From Gammaproteobacteria bacterium (GTDB lineage Bacteria > Pseudomonadota > Gammaproteobacteria > SURF-13): a stretch of 50,345 bases of DNA. Position 1 is the first letter of the stretch, and every line of letters starts with the position of its first letter. Shown in pieces: positions 1 through 9,115 of the stretch. Below the pieces are notes generated by a model. The model ran no database searches, was not told the origin of the DNA, and saw only the letters and a list, made by a program, of their open reading frames with translations. The translations under genes were made by a program, and so were the position numbers. Where the stretch lies: positions 1 to 50,345 of the forward strand of contig JBDSOT010000132.1 of assembly GCA_039914705.1 (NCBI GenBank), read 5' to 3'.

Positions 1-176
1 GCCACGAGACTGGTAAATTCGTCGCGTTCCATGGCCTCGATCTGTTTGACGTCAAGGCGAAGTTTGCCGGCCACCTGCTCAACGGACAGGCTACGCGCCT
101 CGCGCTCGTCGCGTAAACGTTTACCGGCCCCGCTTGCGGTGTCCCACTCGATCCTGGTTTTGCTATCGGTAGACAT
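1..176 (-). CDS. rodZ: RodZ-like cytoskeleton protein, N-terminal helix-turn-helix part (start codon in window, rest runs off the left edge)
   Basis: Hand translation of the minus strand from ATG 176-174 gives MSTDSKTRIEWDTASGAGKRLRDEREARSLSVEQVAGKLRLDVKQIEAMERDEFTSLV. This is an XRE-type HTH like the RodZ N-terminus. It lies downstream of rlmN-pilW, as in many gammaproteobacteria. It is absent from the ORF track because it is truncated. Confidence 0.6.
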   Translation of the reverse strand, partial: MSTDSKTRIEWDTASGAGKRLRDEREARSLSVEQVAGKLRLDVKQIEAMERDEFTSLV

Positions 177-177
177 A

Positions 178-987
178 CTACTCGGACTCGGACCGGACAT
201 CCGGAATGCCATCGGATTTTTGCAACAGGCGCGCCTCATCAGAATCAGGATAGGTTGATCTCAATTGCAATGCATAACTGGAGATAGCGTTTTTATCTCC
301 CAGCATTTGCTCGATGCGTACCCCCAACCAGAGACTTTGCGATGTGTGTTGGGCCACAGCCGCATAACGTTGCAGATAGGCCCGTGCCGGCAAATACTCG
401 CCACGGTCAAAGCTGATAACCGCCATTTGATACAGGGAACCGGATAGCCGAGGATTTATTTGCAGGGCGTCGCGGAAATATTTTTCCGCCTTCACCGTAT
501 TAGGTACGCGCTGCGCGCACAGCCCGGCATTTTCATAGGCCAGTGCTGGGGTCGCGTACAAGGGGTTTTCCAGGGCGCGCAAAAAATATTGCTCTGCCTT
601 TGCGAGTTCGTTGCGCTTACACAAAAAAGTCCCGTAGTTATTGAGCGAATTAGAGTCCTTGGGTGACAGGCTCACGGCCTTCAGATAATGTTGCTCTGCC
701 TCGTCAAGCTGACCCAGTTGCTCGTAGACAATGGCGATAGCGTTATGCGCACTTGCCAGATTCGGGCTGATCTCCAGCGCACGCTGTAATTTACTCAGCG
801 CCAGGTCGCGCCGCCCCTGTTGCAGATAACCGATGCCGAGTTTCACATTGGTCTCGGCGAGGGTGTCTGGGCGATCACCCGCATTCGTTTGAGCAGTATT
901 TTTGGTATTCGTCGCCGCGCAGGCGCTTAAACTCACCGCCAGGCAAAGATACGCTATATATCGGCGGCTGGAATGCTTCATCGTCAA
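178..987 (-). CDS. pilW: Type IV pilus biogenesis/stability TPR lipoprotein PilW (PilF-type)
   Basis: 269-aa ORF with a signal peptide and lipobox (LAVSLSAC) followed by TPR-like repeats ([26 protein letters not shown] and similar). Conserved position between rlmN and rodZ. Confidence 0.8.
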   Translation of the reverse strand: MTMKHSSRRYIAYLCLAVSLSACAATNTKNTAQTNAGDRPDTLAETNVKLGIGYLQQGRRDLALSKLQRALEISPNLASAHNAIAIVYEQLGQLDEAEQHYLKAVSLSPKDSNSLNNYGTFLCKRNELAKAEQYFLRALENPLYATPALAYENAGLCAQRVPNTVKAEKYFRDALQINPRLSGSLYQMAVISFDRGEYLPARAYLQRYAAVAQHTSQSLWLGVRIEQMLGDKNAISSYALQLRSTYPDSDEARLLQKSDGIPDVRSESE

Positions 988-2087
988 ATACTCGCTGCTT
1001 GCATAACGCTACGGCGCAGGCTGCGTTTCGTACGATCCTGTACCTTGCCGGCGAGTTGTCCGCAGGCGGCATCAATATCATCGCCGCGCGTCTTGCGCGT
1101 AACGGTAATCAGGCCCGCCGTCATCAGGATAGCGCGAAAGCGCTCTATCGCAGCCGGGCTGGAGCGTTGGTAGCGCGTACTGGGAAACGGATTGAACGGA
1201 ATTAAATTAACCTTGGCGGGTATGTCCTTAAGCAGCGCGGCCAATTCATGCGCCAATGCCGGGCTGTCGTTCACACCGTCGAGCATGACGTATTCGAAGG
1301 TTACGCGGCGGCGCGCCTCACCCTCCACATAACGCCGGCAGGCCGCCAACAATTCGCTGAGCGGATATTTTCTATTGAGCGGAACGAGTTCGTTACGCAG
1401 TGCATCGTTAGGTGCATGCAGCGAAACGGCAAGGCTCACCGGGCTGAGTTCGCGCAGCCGATCCAGCGCCGGGATCACGCCCGCCGTGCTTAAGGTGACA
1501 CGACGCTTCGACAGACCATAGCCAAGATCGTCCATCATCAGATTCATGGCCTTAACCACGTTATCGAAATTCAACAACGGCTCGCCCATGCCCATCATAA
1601 CGACATTCGTAATAATGCGTTCACCCTTCGGGTCGCGCCCAAGCGCGCGGTTGGCCACCCAGACCTGGCCGATAATTTCCGCTACGGTGAGGTTGCGGTT
1701 AAAACCCTGTTGTGCGGTGGAGCAGAATGAACAGTCGAGTGCACAGCCCACCTGGGACGAGACGCATAAGGTGCCGCGTCCGTCCTCGGGGATAAACACC
1801 GTCTCGATACTATTGCCGCTGTCCAGGCGCAGCAACCATTTACGCGTGCCGTCGAGCGAGACCTGATCGACGATAATCTCAGGTGCCTTGATCTCCGCGA
1901 GTTCCTGCAAGCGCGGGCGCAGGTCTTTGCCGATATTGGTCATAGCGTCGAAATCGGCGAGGCCGAAATGATGTATCCACTTCATCACTTGTGTGGCGCG
2001 AAATTTTGGTTCGCCGTGCGCCTGAAAGAAAATCTCCAGATCGTTGCGATCCAGATTCAGCAGATTAATTTTTGCCGGGGATTCCAT
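984..2087 (-). CDS. rlmN: 23S rRNA/tRNA (adenine-C2)-methyltransferase RlmN, radical SAM
   Basis: Radical-SAM Cys triad in [16 protein letters not shown] and full-length RlmN-like sequence. Start set at ATG 2087 ([12 protein letters not shown]...), directly after the ndk stop. The longer ORF-track N-terminus overlaps ndk. Confidence 0.93.
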   Translation of the reverse strand: MESPAKINLLNLDRNDLEIFFQAHGEPKFRATQVMKWIHHFGLADFDAMTNIGKDLRPRLQELAEIKAPEIIVDQVSLDGTRKWLLRLDSGNSIETVFIPEDGRGTLCVSSQVGCALDCSFCSTAQQGFNRNLTVAEIIGQVWVANRALGRDPKGERIITNVVMMGMGEPLLNFDNVVKAMNLMMDDLGYGLSKRRVTLSTAGVIPALDRLRELSPVSLAVSLHAPNDALRNELVPLNRKYPLSELLAACRRYVEGEARRRVTFEYVMLDGVNDSPALAHELAALLKDIPAKVNLIPFNPFPSTRYQRSSPAAIERFRAILMTAGLITVTRKTRGDDIDAACGQLAGKVQDRTKRSLRRSVMQAASI

Positions 2088-2088
2088 G

Positions 2089-2520
2089 TTAGCGTGTGCG
2101 CGAACAAATCTCGTGCGGCTGAAAGAAAAATTCGATCTCTTCGTTTGCCGTTTCGGGGCTGTCGGAACCGTGCACCGCATTCTCATCGACACTGCTGGCA
2201 AAGTCCGCGCGAATGGTGCCGGGCATAGCATCTTTGGGATTGGTGGCCCCCATCAATTCGCGGTGTCTGGTGATGGCGTTTTCGCCTTCCAGAACCTGCA
2301 TCATCACGGGACCGGAGAGCATGAAGTTGACAAGGTCGTTAAAAAACGGCCGCGCCTTGTGCACAGCATAGAATCCCTCCGCCTGCGCACGCGTGAGATG
2401 CGTCATGCGAGCGGCAATAATATGTAAATCCGCATGCTCGAAACGCGAATAAATCGCACCGATAAGATTTTTTGCCACGGCATCCGGCTTGATGATGGAA
2501 AAGGTGCGTTCTGGTGTCAT
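2089..2520 (-). CDS. ndk: Nucleoside diphosphate kinase
   Basis: 143 aa, [15 protein letters not shown]... with the active-site NAVHGSDS motif. Confidence 0.97.
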   Translation of the reverse strand: MTPERTFSIIKPDAVAKNLIGAIYSRFEHADLHIIAARMTHLTRAQAEGFYAVHKARPFFNDLVNFMLSGPVMMQVLEGENAITRHRELMGATNPKDAMPGTIRADFASSVDENAVHGSDSPETANEEIEFFFQPHEICSRTR

Positions 2521-2726
2521 TACATAGTCCTTACTTTGCGAATTGAAACATTGAATGATGCTTACATATTGAGATAGGGCGCAATTCTAGCCTGTTAAGC
2601 CAATGCAGGCAATTAGCGCAGGTAATTACGGCGCCGCTCTTCGCGAGGTTCGCAATAGTTAGCAGCACTTTCTTTATCGAATACACTACCCGCGCTGCGG
2701 CGGTTTAATCGAAAAGACCCGGTGTG

Positions 2727-3881
2727 TTATATGCCATTACCAGTTTTAACCTCCCACGGCGCAAATTGTTTATGCAGGGTCTGCAAAGTAGTCAGCAATA
2801 AATCAAGCTCGTCAGGCGTGCTGGCTTTACCCAGGCTGATGCGCAACACATTACGCAATAATCGCGGCTCAATGCCCATGGCGCGCAACACAGGGCTGGC
2901 TGACAAACTGCCGCTCAGGCACGCGGAGCCTGAAGACACCATGATTCCGGCCTTATCCAGATTCATCAATAAGGTTTCGCCGGCAAACCCGGGCAGGCTG
3001 ACTAATACGGTATTGGACAGGCGCGGTATTTTTTCGGCGAAGACCACAGCGCCGGGAAATGTACGCAGACCTTTTTCCAGATAAGGTGACAATTCACCCC
3101 AGTGCGCCTGACGTTCTTCCAGTTCTTGCCGGGCCAGTTCAGCGGCCGCGCCGAAACCGGCAATGGCCGCCACATTCTCGGTGCCCGCGCGCCTTCCTTG
3201 CTCGTGTCCGCCGCCATGCAATAAAGTTTCAAGCGACACAGACTCATCTACAACCAGCGCGCCGATGCCCTTGGGGCCGTAAATCTTGTGCGCGGACAGA
3301 CTCATCAAATGCGCGCCGCTGGCGGCAAAGTCAATCTTGATCTTGCCGAGGGCCTGCACGGCGTCGGTGTGCATGATCGCACCTGCCTGCCGCGCTAAGG
3401 CTGCAATGCCGGCAATATCCTGAATGGCACCGGTTTCGTTATTCGCCAGCATCACGGAGATTAACCGGGTGTCGGTATGCAAACTTTGCCGGACTGCGTC
3501 CAACAGGACGCTGCCCTGCGCATCCACGGCGATGCTGTCCAGTTGATAGGCCTGCTGCGTCATGGCCTGTGCCGGTCCGCGCAATGAGGCGTGTTCGATG
3601 GCGCTGATAGCGATGCGTCCGCTTGGAAAGGCCGCCAAGGCGCCCTTGATCGCCAGATTATTCGCCTCGGTGCCGCCGCTGGTAAAAATAATTTGTCCGG
3701 GCGTGGCGTTGACCAGCGCGGCAATCTGCTCTCGTGCTGTTTCGATGGCCGTGCGCGCTGTTCGTCCGAGTTGATGCGAACTTGAGGGATTGCCGTATTG
3801 CCCGCGCAGAAAAGGCAGCATGGCGTCCAGCACACGCCCATCGAGCGGTGTGGTTGCGTTGTGATCAAGATAAACCGGCAT
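2727..3881 (-). CDS. Cysteine desulfurase, class V aminotransferase (IscS/NifS family, short C-terminus)
   Basis: 384 aa. PLP-lysine context SLSAHKIYGPKGIGAL, catalytic Cys loop VSSGSAC and HGGGHE motif. Sits immediately downstream of iscR. Confidence 0.9.
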   Translation of the reverse strand: MPVYLDHNATTPLDGRVLDAMLPFLRGQYGNPSSSHQLGRTARTAIETAREQIAALVNATPGQIIFTSGGTEANNLAIKGALAAFPSGRIAISAIEHASLRGPAQAMTQQAYQLDSIAVDAQGSVLLDAVRQSLHTDTRLISVMLANNETGAIQDIAGIAALARQAGAIMHTDAVQALGKIKIDFAASGAHLMSLSAHKIYGPKGIGALVVDESVSLETLLHGGGHEQGRRAGTENVAAIAGFGAAAELARQELEERQAHWGELSPYLEKGLRTFPGAVVFAEKIPRLSNTVLVSLPGFAGETLLMNLDKAGIMVSSGSACLSGSLSASPVLRAMGIEPRLLRNVLRISLGKASTPDELDLLLTTLQTLHKQFAPWEVKTGNGI

Positions 3882-3899
3882 CAGACGTGCGCCTGGCGG

Positions 3900-4397
3900 C
3901 TATATGCCAATAAGATCCTTGGCATCAGCAGATTTTTGCGGGGCTTGCGGGTGAAAGTGGATGCATTCCGTCTGGCGCGCCGCGACCTGTTTAACGTCGC
4001 GCTTTTCGACCAATTGGGCGAGCGTAATCGAGGTTAAAAATTCATGGATCTGATCGCTGAGATCCGACCATAAATCATGCGTCAAACAGCGCCCCTCATC
4101 CTGACAATTCATCTTGCCGCCGCAGCGTGTCGCATCAACCTTCTCGTCGACGGCGCGGATTACGTCGGCGATAGAGATTTCACCGGCGCTGCGGCCCAGA
4201 CGATAACCGCCGCCGGGGCCGCGCGCGCTATCGACCAGGCTCTGCTTGCGCAGACGCGCGAATAATTGCTCCAGATAGGAAAGCGAGATGCCTTGGCGCT
4301 GGGCGATATCGGCCAAGGCCACCGGGTTTTGCGTATCGTGCAGGGCCAGGTCCAGCATCGCCGTCACCGCATAGCGGCCTTTTGTGGTCAACCTCAT
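3900..4397 (-). CDS. iscR: Rrf2-family Fe-S cluster assembly regulator IscR
   Basis: N-terminal w[23 protein letters not shown]. Cluster ligands C-x5-C-x5-C-x2-H in [16 protein letters not shown]. Confidence 0.9.
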   Translation of the reverse strand: MRLTTKGRYAVTAMLDLALHDTQNPVALADIAQRQGISLSYLEQLFARLRKQSLVDSARGPGGGYRLGRSAGEISIADVIRAVDEKVDATRCGGKMNCQDEGRCLTHDLWSDLSDQIHEFLTSITLAQLVEKRDVKQVAARQTECIHFHPQAPQKSADAKDLIGI

Positions 4398-4473
4398 GGT
4401 ACTGTCCTCAAGCGAAAACCCTTAAGTAACACAGCTACATTCATATTCGGCCTCACCTTTAATCGGCACCTTG

Positions 4474-5289
4474 TTACGCTTTGCGCGCATGCTGAGTTGC
4501 ATTTTCCGGCTCATCCTCGGCCTTACTCGAAATCTGTTGCGCCGTCGATTCGATCTCACACGAATCCAAGGCCGGGAGTTTGATGTCGCCGATCTCGGCA
4601 CCCAGTGTTTTTAACGCCTCGCACATCATCTCGACCTTGGTATCCATCACATGGATGTGGTCAAGCATGCAATTGATGGCGTTAGCCACCGGGTCGGGCA
4701 TGTCTTGCGTAGTGCCATAGGCATCGAAACCAATCTTGCGGGCGATGGCATCGCGGTGTTGCTCGTGCTCGGTCTTGGGCGCATTTACCACGCGCCCTGG
4801 AATGCCGACGACGGTAGCGCCCGGCGCAACATCCTTGGTGACCACCGCATTGGAGCCGATGCGTCCGCCGTTGCCTATCATGATAGGACCCAACACCGTA
4901 GCCCCCGCCCCAATAACCACATCGTTGCCCAGCGTCGGATGGCGTTTGCCCTTTTGCCAACTGGTGCCGCCCAGCGTGACGCCGTGGTAGAGCGTGCAAT
5001 CGTCCCCGATCTCTGCTGTCTCACCAATCACCACGCCCATGCCATGGTCGATGAAGAACCGCCGGCCGATGCGCGCACCGGGGTGAATCTCAACGCCGGT
5101 CAACCAGCGTGAGAGACTTGAAACCATGCGCGCCAGCCACTTCCAATTGGCGTTCCAAAGCCGATGCGTGATGCGGTAAAACTGCACGGCGTGCAGACCG
5201 GGATAGGTTGTCAACACCTCAAAACCGGTACGCGCCGCCGGGTCGCGTTCAAAGATGCAGCGAATGTCTTCTCTCAAGCGCTCAAACAT
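4474..5289 (-). CDS. cysE: Serine O-acetyltransferase
   Basis: 271 aa. N-terminal SATase helical domain followed by hexapeptide repeats ([38 protein letters not shown]). Confidence 0.92.
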   Translation of the reverse strand: MFERLREDIRCIFERDPAARTGFEVLTTYPGLHAVQFYRITHRLWNANWKWLARMVSSLSRWLTGVEIHPGARIGRRFFIDHGMGVVIGETAEIGDDCTLYHGVTLGGTSWQKGKRHPTLGNDVVIGAGATVLGPIMIGNGGRIGSNAVVTKDVAPGATVVGIPGRVVNAPKTEHEQHRDAIARKIGFDAYGTTQDMPDPVANAINCMLDHIHVMDTKVEMMCEALKTLGAEIGDIKLPALDSCEIESTAQQISSKAEDEPENATQHARKA

Positions 5290-5356
5290 GGGTATTTTTA
5301 TACCTGACTAATTTAATCAACAATAGCCGATAGCTTGCTGGCGCGCAAGCCACGGA

Positions 5357-5788
5357 TTAAGCACCGTCAAGGTATCCTGCCAGGTCTTGCTCATTAATAT
5401 CAGGCAGATTTTTATCTATTGTCTTTGTCACGATTGCAGCAGTATTGGCGTCCAGAGTTTTCAGCAGTCTGCCCAAAAACTCAGGGCCTGCGACCAGGAT
5501 TAATCTGGTATAGACATGCTCGATACGACCCTGGTCGAGCATGTCGGCAAGACTCTTGGCAAACTGCTCCGCGATATGTTCAGTCGGTTCGTGTTCAGCA
5601 CCCGTTGCGTGTCGACCCGGGCCAAACCGGTCAAAACTACGCGCTGCTTTATCGGTATCTATATCCTGATTCTTAAGACGGCCCTGTGCATGCGAAATAT
5701 CCTTCACGCGCCGTATATCATCTTTGCTCGTTCGCTCGAACAGGCTTGCGCCGCCCCGGTTTGCCACCAAAATCCACGTCGTTTCCAT
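5357..5788 (-). CDS. Host-attachment-family protein (function unknown)
   Basis: METTWILVANRGGASLFE... is typical of the host attachment protein family. Start moved to ATG 5788 (GAGAGGAA SD upstream). The longer ORF-track start would overlap trmJ. Confidence 0.65.
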   Translation of the reverse strand: METTWILVANRGGASLFERTSKDDIRRVKDISHAQGRLKNQDIDTDKAARSFDRFGPGRHATGAEHEPTEHIAEQFAKSLADMLDQGRIEHVYTRLILVAGPEFLGRLLKTLDANTAAIVTKTIDKNLPDINEQDLAGYLDGA

Positions 5789-5859
5789 AGTCGTTCCTCT
5801 CGTTGATGTAGCCACCTTGAGCTGAATTTTGCCCACTGGTGGATTTCTGAAAATAGATA

Positions 5860-6585
5860 CTAATTGCCGCCTTTGCACTGCGCGGCCGCAAAAATACCGC
5901 GCAGGATATTCAATTCCATCTTGTCCAGACGGGCGCGGTTGAACAGGCGGCGCAGACGGCGCATGAGTTGACGCGGGTTCTGGGGGTCAAGAAATTCAAT
6001 ATCGATCAATGTCTGATGCATATGAACATATAAAAGTTCAAGCTCATCCGCAGTGGCAAGATCCGCCGTATTCTGTTCCACTTCGGCTGGAGTTTGTTCT
6101 ATTTGTGCCAGAAAAATCTCATACGCCAATACCTGAACGGCGGCGGCGATATTCAGCGATTTAAACTCCGGATTGCTGGGGATATGCACCAGGTAATTAC
6201 AACGTTCCAGTTCTTCATTGGTCAACCCGGATTGTTCACGCCCGATCAGCAATGCCAGCGGAATCTTAGCGCCCTCAGCCATGATCAGCCCCGCACACTC
6301 GCGCGGACTTACCTGCGGCCAGGCAATGGTGCGCATACGTGCGCTGGCGCCAAACACCAGGCCGCACCCTGTAAGGGCCTCATCGACGGACGTGCAAACC
6401 TGCGCCTCGGCCAGCACATCGTCCGCGCCCGAGGCGCGCGCCGTAGCCTCCGCACTGGGGTAAATACGGGGATTCACGAGATAAAGATTGTGCAGGCACA
6501 TATTTTTCATGGCACGAGCCACGGCCCCGATATTGCCGGGGTGGGAGGTTTCGACCAGAACGACGCGAATTTGGGATAAGGGCAT
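5860..6585 (-). CDS. trmJ: tRNA (cytidine/uridine-2'-O-)-methyltransferase TrmJ (SpoU class)
   Basis: MPLSQIRVVLVETSHPGNIGAVARAMKNM... SpoU/TrmH fold motifs. Divergent from suhB, as in enterobacteria and pseudomonads. Confidence 0.9.
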   Translation of the reverse strand: MPLSQIRVVLVETSHPGNIGAVARAMKNMCLHNLYLVNPRIYPSAEATARASGADDVLAEAQVCTSVDEALTGCGLVFGASARMRTIAWPQVSPRECAGLIMAEGAKIPLALLIGREQSGLTNEELERCNYLVHIPSNPEFKSLNIAAAVQVLAYEIFLAQIEQTPAEVEQNTADLATADELELLYVHMHQTLIDIEFLDPQNPRQLMRRLRRLFNRARLDKMELNILRGIFAAAQCKGGN

Positions 6586-6727
6586 GGGCTTTAAGTATTC
6601 ATGTGTGGGCAGGTCGACAAGATGTGGTCACAAGCCCGCCAGTATGCGGCCTCGTACAGGTTATTTTACCGGGTAACTAAATGTTTGCTATCCTTGCGGC
6701 CTTCAACTCGCAAGCTGATCCTTAAAA

Positions 6728-7525
6728 ATGCATCCCATGCTCAACATCGCGGTGCGCGCAGCGCGCAGCGCCGGTAATATTATTGCACGCGCCGCAGATC
6801 GCGTGGACAGTTTTACCGTTACCTTAAAGGCACAGAATGATTTCGTAAGCGAGGTCGATCACCAGGCCGAGCGGGAAATCATCAAGGTTATCCGCAAGGC
6901 CTATCCGCATCACGGCATACTTGCCGAAGAAAGCGGCGCACAGAACGGCGACGATTACCTGTGGGTAATTGACCCGCTCGACGGTACCACGAACTTCCTG
7001 CACGGCTTTCCACAATTTTCCGTGTCTATTGCCCTCAAGCACAAGGGCCAACTCGAACAGGCGGTCGTCTACGACCCGCTGCGCCAGGAGCTGTTCACCG
7101 CTACGCGCGGGGCGGGCGCGCAGCTCAATGAACGCCGCCTGCGCGTCACCAAGATAAAGGGGCTGGAAGGTGCCCTGCTCGGCACCGGTTTCCCGTTCAA
7201 ACAGCAGCAGCATCTCGAAACTTACCTCGCCACCTTTCGCGCACTGTTTCCCATGACCTCCGGCATCCGCCGCGCAGGCTCCGCCGCGCTCGACCTTGCC
7301 TACGTTGCCGCCGGCCGACTTGATGGTTTCTGGGAGATCGGCCTCAGCGAATGGGATATGGCCGCTGGCGCGTTGATCGTGCAAGAGGCAGGGGGCATCG
7401 TCGGGGATTTCAGTGGGGGCGATGAATTTCTGACGACCGGGAATCTCGTCACCGGTAATCCGCGCGTGTTCAAGGCCATACTTGAAGCCATAGCCCCGCA
7501 TCTCACTGCGGAACTTAAGAAATAG
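6728..7525 (+). CDS. suhB: Inositol monophosphatase family protein SuhB
   Basis: MHPMLNIAVRAARSAG..., WVIDPLDGTTNF metal-binding motif. Confidence 0.93.
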   Translation: MHPMLNIAVRAARSAGNIIARAADRVDSFTVTLKAQNDFVSEVDHQAEREIIKVIRKAYPHHGILAEESGAQNGDDYLWVIDPLDGTTNFLHGFPQFSVSIALKHKGQLEQAVVYDPLRQELFTATRGAGAQLNERRLRVTKIKGLEGALLGTGFPFKQQQHLETYLATFRALFPMTSGIRRAGSAALDLAYVAAGRLDGFWEIGLSEWDMAAGALIVQEAGGIVGDFSGGDEFLTTGNLVTGNPRVFKAILEAIAPHLTAELKK

Positions 7526-7601
7526 CGGCAAACAGGCCGGAAACCCGGCATTTTATGCGATAATAACTGTCTGATCTTTAACGAGTTAGCGAGGTGTGTG
7601 A

Positions 7602-8633
7602 ATGGATGACAACAAGCAAAAGGCGTTGGCTGCCGCACTGAGTCAGATCGACAAACAGTTCGGCAAGGGCGCTGTGATGCGCATGGGCGACGGCGGCGTG
7701 ATCCGTGATATCGAAGCCGTGTCGACCGGTTCGCTGGGCCTCGACATCGCACTTGGCATCGGCGGCCTGCCGCGCGGTCGCGTGGTCGAAATCTATGGGC
7801 CGGAGTCATCGGGTAAAACGACCTTGACGTTACAGGTCGTGGCCGAAATTCAAAAGCTGGGCGGCACTGCGGCGTTCGTGGATGCCGAGCACGCGCTCGA
7901 CCCTCAATATGCGCAGAAGCTCGGGGTGAACGTCGATGATCTGCTGGTGTCTCAACCAGATACCGGCGAGCAGGCCCTGGAGATCACCGATATGCTGGTG
8001 CGTTCCAGCGCCGTCGATGTGGTTGTCATAGACTCTGTCGCAGCCCTCACGCCGCGCGCCGAGATTGAAGGCGAGATGGGCGCATCGCACATGGGCTTGC
8101 AGGCGCGCCTGATGTCGCAGGCATTGCGCAAGCTCACCGCCAACATCAAACGCTCCAACACATTGGTTATTTTTATCAATCAGATTCGCATGAAGATCGG
8201 CGTAATGTTCGGCAATCCCGAAACCACCACCGGCGGCAATGCGCTCAAATTTTATGCCTCGGTGCGCCTGGATATTCGCCGCATCAGCTCGATTAAAAAA
8301 GGTGACGAGGTGATCGGCAGCGAGACGCGCGTCAAGGTCGTCAAGAATAAGGTCGCCCCGCCGTTCAAGCAGGCGGAATTCGATATCCTGTACGGTGAAG
8401 GCATCTCGCGCGAGGGTGAAATTATAGAAATCGGTGCGCGCGAAGGGTTCATCGAAAAATCCGGTGCCTGGTACAGCTATGGCGGGAATCGCATCGGCCA
8501 GGGCAAGGACAATGTGCGTGCCTACTTAAAGGAACATCGGGAAATAGCGCAAGAGATCGAGGATAAAATTCGCGCAAAACTCCTGGTTAAGGTTATCGCC
8601 CTCGAACCCGAGGTTGCTGAGGATGAATCCTGA
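7602..8633 (+). CDS. recA: Recombinase RecA
   Basis: 343 aa, Walker [13 protein letters not shown], full-length RecA sequence. Confidence 0.99.
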   Translation: MDDNKQKALAAALSQIDKQFGKGAVMRMGDGGVIRDIEAVSTGSLGLDIALGIGGLPRGRVVEIYGPESSGKTTLTLQVVAEIQKLGGTAAFVDAEHALDPQYAQKLGVNVDDLLVSQPDTGEQALEITDMLVRSSAVDVVVIDSVAALTPRAEIEGEMGASHMGLQARLMSQALRKLTANIKRSNTLVIFINQIRMKIGVMFGNPETTTGGNALKFYASVRLDIRRISSIKKGDEVIGSETRVKVVKNKVAPPFKQAEFDILYGEGISREGEIIEIGAREGFIEKSGAWYSYGGNRIGQGKDNVRAYLKEHREIAQEIEDKIRAKLLVKVIALEPEVAEDES

Positions 8634-9115
8634 TTCAGCGCGACACACCCGATGAGCAAGCGAAGGCGTGCCAGGAAAAGGCTTATACCGCCGCTATAAA
8701 TTTATTGTCACGCCGCGAGCATTCCACCGAGGAATTGCGCCGTAAATTATCCGGCAAGGGCTGCGATAGCGACCAGATTAATGAGCTGCTGGAGCGGTTG
8801 ATCCGCGACAAACTGCTCAGTGAAGAGCGGTTTGTCGAAAGCTTTATTCAGTCTCGCATCGACAAGGGAGTGGGTCCCTTGCTTATTCAGGCGCAGCTGC
8901 ATGAACGTGGCATTGATGCGGCGCTGAGCGCCGATTTTTTGGATGTGCGTAATCAGCAGTGGCGCGAACTTGCACAACGCGTACAACGCAAGCGTTTCGG
9001 CGCAGCCCTCCCACAAAATTATCATGAGCGCGCTAAACAGATGCGTTTTTTGCAGCAACGCGGATTTACGATGGAGCAAATTAATGCCGCTTTCAAACCC
9101 GACGAAGATGACTGA
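8630..9115 (+). CDS. recX: Recombination regulator RecX (start uncertain: CTG 8630 / ATT 8633 proposed; first canonical codon is TTG 8705)
   Basis: [16 protein letters not shown] and three-repeat RecX architecture, directly after recA. The frame is open back to 8627 and encodes the conserved first helix. See finding. Confidence 0.8.
   Translation: MIQRDTPDEQAKACQEKAYTAAINLLSRREHSTEELRRKLSGKGCDSDQINELLERLIRDKLLSEERFVESFIQSRIDKGVGPLLIQAQLHERGIDAALSADFLDVRNQQWRELAQRVQRKRFGAALPQNYHERAKQMRFLQQRGFTMEQINAAFKPDEDD

Noticed and set aside
7526-7601. LexA/SOS box upstream of recA
   Set aside because: Only a CTGT half-site is present (AACTGTCTGATCTTTAAC); the ACAG half at the correct spacing is missing. 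No Xanthomonas-type or other known LexA motif was recognised. I cannot call an operator from sequence alone.
8943-9107. 165-nt N-terminal extension of the alaS ORF
   Set aside because: It overlaps recX in another frame. AlaRS homology begins at ATG 9108. The extension peptide has no similarity to AlaRS.
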